Made by a program: the position numbers and the translations under genes | NCBI GenBank assembly: GCA_030016715.1 | Contig: JASEJD010000002.1 | Coordinates: forward strand, 147,179 to 179,178 | Reading direction: 5' to 3' | Length of the DNA: 32,000 nt | Source: Methanobacteriaceae archaeon | GTDB taxonomy: Archaea; Methanobacteriota; Methanobacteria; Methanobacteriales; Methanobacteriaceae | Part shown: piece after piece, positions 27,716 through 32,000 of the stretch | How the letters are laid out: every line of letters begins with the position of its first letter | How positions within the stretch are numbered: the first letter of the stretch is position 1 | Notes under the pieces: generated by a model | Database searches by the model: none | Seen by the model: only the letters and a program-made list of their open reading frames with translations | What the model was told of the DNA's origin: nothing

Positions 27716-28753
27716 ATGAAAATTTTAGCTATAGATATTGGGACTGGTACTCAAGATATCATGTTTTATGATTCAAACCAAAATATTGAAAATTCAATAA
27801 AACTGGTCCTTCCTTCACCAACCAGAATAATTGGAAGTAAGATTAGGAATTCTAAAAGTGATCTTTTAATTACTGGAGAAACAATGGGTGGCGGCCCTGT
27901 AAACCGAGCCATCATGGAAAAAATTAAAATGGGTCATGAAATTGTCATGACTGAAAATGCGGCTCGCACCATAAGGGACGATCTAAAAATAGTGGAATCT
28001 TATGGTATTAGAATAATATCTGAGGATAAACTAAAAATAAATGAAGACCAATATTCTGGTTTTGATAAAATAGAATTTAAAGATGTAGATCTTGTTGCTA
28101 TAAGAAAAGCGTTGAAACAGTTCAATGTTAATTTAGAATTCGATTTTCTAGGAGTAGCAGTTCAAGATCATGGTTACTTGGAGGGAATTGGAGATAGAAA
28201 CTTTCGTTTCATGAAAATAAAAGAAAAATTAGATGTTCCTCTTAAACCTGAGCAATTTTCTTACTTTAAAACCGCACCAGATTACTTCACCCGAATGAAA
28301 GCCGTATCAAGATTATTCAATAAATATAATTTAATGTTAATGGATTCTAAATTTGCTTCAATTTGTGGGGCTACTTGTGATGATACAGTTAAAACGCTGG
28401 ATAAATTTGTAGCTATGGATGTTGGTAATGGCCATACTCTTGCTGCAGCCTTTGATGGGGAAAAAATAGTGGGCGTATTTGAACACCATACTCGCAGTTT
28501 AAATAAAGAAAAGATTGAATTGTATGTGAAGAAGCTGGTTCAGGGAACTTTAACTCATGAGGAAGTACATAATGACCATGGTCATGGTGCATGGGTTCTG
28601 GAGGGATTAGAAGATTTTGAATGTGTAGTAGCTACTGGACCTAAAAGAAAACTTTTAGATCAAACAAAATATAATATTTATCACGCTGCTCCAGCAGGAG
28701 ATGTAATGATGACAGGGCCTATAGGATTAATAAAAGCTATAAAAACGATCTAA
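27716..28753 (+). CDS. DUF1786-like protein with ASKHA-type (actin/sugar-kinase fold) N-terminus
   Basis: MKILAIDIGTGTQDIMFYD is a phosphate-1-like motif, and there is a second DVGNGHT motif. The family name is recalled from memory, not searched. Confidence 0.55.
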   Translation: MKILAIDIGTGTQDIMFYDSNQNIENSIKLVLPSPTRIIGSKIRNSKSDLLITGETMGGGPVNRAIMEKIKMGHEIVMTENAARTIRDDLKIVESYGIRIISEDKLKINEDQYSGFDKIEFKDVDLVAIRKALKQFNVNLEFDFLGVAVQDHGYLEGIGDRNFRFMKIKEKLDVPLKPEQFSYFKTAPDYFTRMKAVSRLFNKYNLMLMDSKFASICGATCDDTVKTLDKFVAMDVGNGHTLAAAFDGEKIVGVFEHHTRSLNKEKIELYVKKLVQGTLTHEEVHNDHGHGAWVLEGLEDFECVVATGPKRKLLDQTKYNIYHAAPAGDVMMTGPIGLIKAIKTI

Positions 28754-28787
28754 AAATTATATATGGATTATTTGATATGGTGATTGG

Positions 28788-29435
28788 ATGATAATCGACC
28801 CTCATATTCACAGTATTTATTCAGGAGATGCCACCGGAACACCAGAAGAAATAGTTAAAAAGGCCATGGAAATTGGACTGGATGCCATAGCCATAGCTGA
28901 TCACAACACTTTAAAAGGTTCCATGGCCGCCTTAAATATATTTAAAGATTTAGAAGAAATTGTCATAATTCCTGCAATGGAGATAAGCTCCAGTAAAGGC
29001 CACATAGTTGCTTTAGGCATAATTGAAGAAATAAAAAAAGGATTATCACCAGAGGAAACAATCGATCTTATTAGAGAATCCGGGGGTATTGCAATAATAC
29101 CACATCCTTATGTTAAATATAGGGATGGGTTATGTGAATATGTTAATAATTTAGATATAGATGCCATTGAAACCTTAAATTCTCGTTATATATTTGGTTA
29201 TTCTAATTGGAGGGCTAAAAAATTAGCTGAAGAAAGGAATATCCCAGAAATTGGTTCAAGCGACGCTCACTTTTTAGGAGGTATTGGTAGCTGTGTTACA
29301 GATGTAGAGGCTGATTTTACAGTTGAAAGTATATTGAAAGGAATAAAAAATGGAAAAACATCAGTTTTTGGTAGCAGAACACCCCTACCACTGATTCTTA
29401 AAGAGGTAATTAACAAAAAAATCAAGAAGTTGTAA
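28788..29435 (+). CDS. PHP-domain metal-dependent phosphoesterase
   Basis: IDPHIHSIYSGDA, AIADHNT, IPHP and GSSDAHF are the canonical PHP His/Asp motifs. SD GGTGAT is followed by N3 and ATG. Confidence 0.85.
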   Translation: MIIDPHIHSIYSGDATGTPEEIVKKAMEIGLDAIAIADHNTLKGSMAALNIFKDLEEIVIIPAMEISSSKGHIVALGIIEEIKKGLSPEETIDLIRESGGIAIIPHPYVKYRDGLCEYVNNLDIDAIETLNSRYIFGYSNWRAKKLAEERNIPEIGSSDAHFLGGIGSCVTDVEADFTVESILKGIKNGKTSVFGSRTPLPLILKEVINKKIKKL

Positions 29436-29594
29436 TATCCAGTAAATTAGAGTATTTATAATTTATTTTTATTCATAGGAGCTATAAAAATTGATTTTTT
29501 TTAAAAAAACTTATTTATGGATTGAAAATAACTCGGTATAAATTTTAGCTTATTTCATAGATAAGCTTAAATCATAATAATTTATAGTAGGTTT

Positions 29595-30377
29595 ATGATT
29601 TTAGAATTCATAAAAGAATATATAATCTATTTGGAACCGGGTTATAATCTGTTAAATACTATTATATTTGGTTTAATATTAGGATTAGTAATTATATTAA
29701 TAATTAAAATGTTCAACTATATAAAAAAGGATCCTAAAGATCTGCTGATTCCTTTAATCCCCTTTATATTCTTTGGTTCCAGTACCAGGGCTTTGGTGGA
29801 CAATGGAATTTATCCTCTCACTTATCTGCTGGTAACACCAGGAATATACGTTTTAACTGGTTTAATGGCTATATCAACCCTTTTAATATCTGTTTTTATT
29901 GAAAAAAAGACTGATATTAATTATAGACATATTATCTTAGGAATAGGATTGATTATCTGCATTCCTAACATTTTGAAAATATCTGCTATTGATTTAAACG
30001 CTTCATTACTAGTTTTAGTCTCATGGTCTATATTTACTTCTTTTTTTATAATTTTAAGGAAAAAATGGAGTGTTCTGAATAGCAAAATAAATCTATATGT
30101 GATTTCTGCACATCTTTTTGATGCTAGTTCTACATTTGTGGCTGTGGATTTATATGGCTATAGTGAGCAACATGTACTACCTAGCGCCCTCACTAATTTA
30201 ACTGGCACGGCCCTTGTGATGTATCCATTGAAAATTATAGTAATATTAGCTGCATTATATGTTATAGATATTTATGTTGAAGATGATAGTATTAAAAATA
30301 TGTTGAAATTGGCAATATTTATTTTAGGACTTGCTCCCGGTCTTCGGAATTTTTTAAGCCTTATAATGGCGGTTTAA
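29595..30377 (+). CDS. DUF63-like archaeal polytopic membrane protein
   Basis: About 7 TM segments. The motif HLFDASSTFVAVDLYGYSEQHVLP resembles the conserved DUF63 core as I recall it. Confidence 0.55.
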   Translation: MILEFIKEYIIYLEPGYNLLNTIIFGLILGLVIILIIKMFNYIKKDPKDLLIPLIPFIFFGSSTRALVDNGIYPLTYLLVTPGIYVLTGLMAISTLLISVFIEKKTDINYRHIILGIGLIICIPNILKISAIDLNASLLVLVSWSIFTSFFIILRKKWSVLNSKINLYVISAHLFDASSTFVAVDLYGYSEQHVLPSALTNLTGTALVMYPLKIIVILAALYVIDIYVEDDSIKNMLKLAIFILGLAPGLRNFLSLIMAV

Positions 30378-30484
30378 TTTTCCAAAATTTTAATCAATTA
30401 TTTTATTAATTATTTATTAAAGAATTAAAGATATTCCTATGTATAATCAAATAAAAAATAGCCAAGCCAAAAAGAGGTTTTTTT

Positions 30485-32000
30485 ATGTATCTAGATAGAG
30501 TAAAAAATAAGATGAATCCTCCAGATTCAGTGAAAATATTTGATACTACTCTAAGGGATGGTGAACAGACACCAGGGGTAGCTTTAACAGTTGATGAAAA
30601 GATTAGAATAGCAAAAAAACTAAACAGCTTAGGTATCAATGTAATTGAAGCTGGATTTCCCGCTGCATCAGAAGGAGAACGTGAATCTACACGTAAAATA
30701 TTAGAATTAGGATTAGATGCTAATATTTGTGGTTTGGCTAGAGTATTAATTTCAGATTTAGATTCAGCAATTGATTGTGGTGTGGATTATATTCACACAT
30801 TCATTGGAACTTCTCCCCTCCACCGGAAATTCAAGCTTAAGATGAATAAAGAAGAAATTCTCACCAAATCGGTTGATGCAATCGATTATATCAAAGATCA
30901 TGGCATAAAAGCTGAATTTTCAGCAGAAGATGCTTCAAGAACTGAATTTAACTACTTAAAAGAAATTTACCGCGCCGTGGAGAATGCAGGGGCTGATGTT
31001 ATCAATGTTCCAGATACTGTTGGAGTAATGATTCCTTCTTCTATGAAGTGGTTGATAGCTGAACTAAAAAAAGAGATTAAGATTCCAATTAGTGTGCACT
31101 GTCATGATGACTTTGGACTGGCAGTTGCCAACTCGTTAATGGCTGTTGAAGCTGGTGCCCAGCAAGTACATGCCACCATTAATGGTTTAGGTGAAAGAGC
31201 TGGAAACGCAGCTCTAGAAGAAGTAGTAATGGCTTTAACAGTAGAATATGGGATTGAAACCAGCATAAAAACTAAATTGTTAGTAAATACTTCAGAATTT
31301 ATTTCAAGAATTACTGGGGTTAAAATGCCTCCTAACAAAGCTATAGTTGGAGAAAATGCATTTGCACATGAAGCAGGAATACATGTGCATGGTGTTCTGG
31401 AAAAAGCTGAAACATATGAACCTATAACGCCGGAAATGGTGGGACATACTCGTAGAATTGTTTTAGGTAAACATACTGGAGCAAAAGCCCTTAAATCGAA
31501 ACTCGATGATTATGGTATAGAAATGAACGAAAAACAATTTTGTGATGTCTTTGATCAAGTCAAAAATCTGGGTGACAAAGGTAAAATGGTCACTGACGCC
31601 GATTTAAAAGCTATTGCTGAGAGTATTTTAGGTAAAGCAAAGGATGAGATTGTTAAACTTGAAGGTTTTGCAGTAATGACGGGGGAAAACGTTATGCCCA
31701 CTGCCACAGTAAAGCTAAAGATAAATGACCAAGTAAAAACTTCATCAAAGACAGGTGTTGGCCCAGTAGATGCTGCTATTAATGCAATTCAAGATGTTTT
31801 AAGCGAAACAGAAGACATTGAACTTTTAGAATATAATATAGAGGCTATAACTGGTGGAACTAATGCTTTAGCCGAGGTTTTTGTGGTTATGGGGGATAAA
31901 AATGGCAATAAAGCCACAGGCAGATCCACTCGAGAGGACATAGTCATGTCTAGTGTGGAAGCTGTTTTAGATGCAATAAATAAGATTCTAATATTAAGAT
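30485..32000 (+). CDS. 2-isopropylmalate synthase / (R)-citramalate synthase family enzyme (LeuA/CimA), 3'-truncated by the window edge
   Basis: Absent from the ORF track because no stop is reached. I read it directly: ...[20 protein letters not shown]..., [29 protein letters not shown] and [10 protein letters not shown]. The frame continues past 500 codons into a regulatory-domain-like region, which argues against the shorter AksA type. SD GAGGT (30474..30478) precedes ATG 30485; an alternative ATG is at 30512. Confidence 0.9.
   Translation, partial: MYLDRVKNKMNPPDSVKIFDTTLRDGEQTPGVALTVDEKIRIAKKLNSLGINVIEAGFPAASEGERESTRKILELGLDANICGLARVLISDLDSAIDCGVDYIHTFIGTSPLHRKFKLKMNKEEILTKSVDAIDYIKDHGIKAEFSAEDASRTEFNYLKEIYRAVENAGADVINVPDTVGVMIPSSMKWLIAELKKEIKIPISVHCHDDFGLAVANSLMAVEAGAQQVHATINGLGERAGNAALEEVVMALTVEYGIETSIKTKLLVNTSEFISRITGVKMPPNKAIVGENAFAHEAGIHVHGVLEKAETYEPITPEMVGHTRRIVLGKHTGAKALKSKLDDYGIEMNEKQFCDVFDQVKNLGDKGKMVTDADLKAIAESILGKAKDEIVKLEGFAVMTGENVMPTATVKLKINDQVKTSSKTGVGPVDAAINAIQDVLSETEDIELLEYNIEAITGGTNALAEVFVVMGDKNGNKATGRSTREDIVMSSVEAVLDAINKILILR

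Noticed and set aside
30406-31338. Minus-strand ORFs 30406..30639 and 31102..31338
   Set aside because: They lie antisense to the clearly recognisable LeuA/CimA-family gene ([19 protein letters not shown]), which the ORF track omitted because it has no stop within the window.
1-32000. tRNA, rRNA, riboswitch or recoding (Sec/Pyl) signals
   Set aside because: By eye there are no GC-rich structured islands in the AT-rich intergenic regions. No confidently called gene is interrupted by an in-frame stop. This was not checked with covariance models, so small RNAs cannot be excluded.

Overview
Visibly AT-rich chromosomal segment (GC not computed), most likely from a pseudomurein-walled methanogen of the Methanobacteriales. 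That placement is inferred from mtd, a fused fae-hps, pseudomurein-binding repeats and Shine-Dalgarno sites complementary to GGAGGTGAT. I support 26 protein-coding genes. I saw no rRNA, tRNA, CRISPR array, transposase or integrase.

From about 8.0 to 32 kb the content is ordinary methanogen housekeeping and envelope genes:
- lemA plus a DUF2207 protein
- a CbiA/CfbB-type a,c-diamide synthase
- a polytopic membrane protein translationally coupled to a MurG-like protein
- mtd, a DUF4013 protein and a flavodoxin
- hisB, a 2x[4Fe-4S] ferredoxin and a ModE/TOBE regulator
- a MOP-family flippase and an iron-sulfur flavoprotein
- fae-hps and a TrpB2-type enzyme
- a 1043-aa multi-PAS/GAF sensor kinase
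- DUF1786, PHP and DUF63 proteins
- a LeuA/CimA-family synthase that runs off the 3' edge and is missing from the ORF track

The unusual part is the first 7.8 kb. Four co-oriented paralogous secreted-protein genes each sit behind 0.5-0.7 kb of non-coding DNA. Each has its own copy of a conserved promoter cassette.

The four share a Shine-Dalgarno, start and signal-peptide block, and apparently use a non-canonical ATT start. They also share a Trp/Tyr/Lys/Arg-rich module that I cannot assign to a named domain, built around WYKSGGRWRYYW...YKYVK.

The module is fused to different C-terminal heads. Two genes carry a minimal transglutaminase-like domain. One carries a GH-like TIM barrel, two pseudomurein-binding repeats and a transglutaminase core. 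One carries an 8-Cys domain. In the largest paralog the module is expanded into a strict W-x-x-x period-4 array and sits inside the GH-like barrel.

A radical-SAM/HhH gene of the DNA-repair type lies convergently in the middle of this cluster. All functional calls rest on by-eye motif recognition; no database search was possible.
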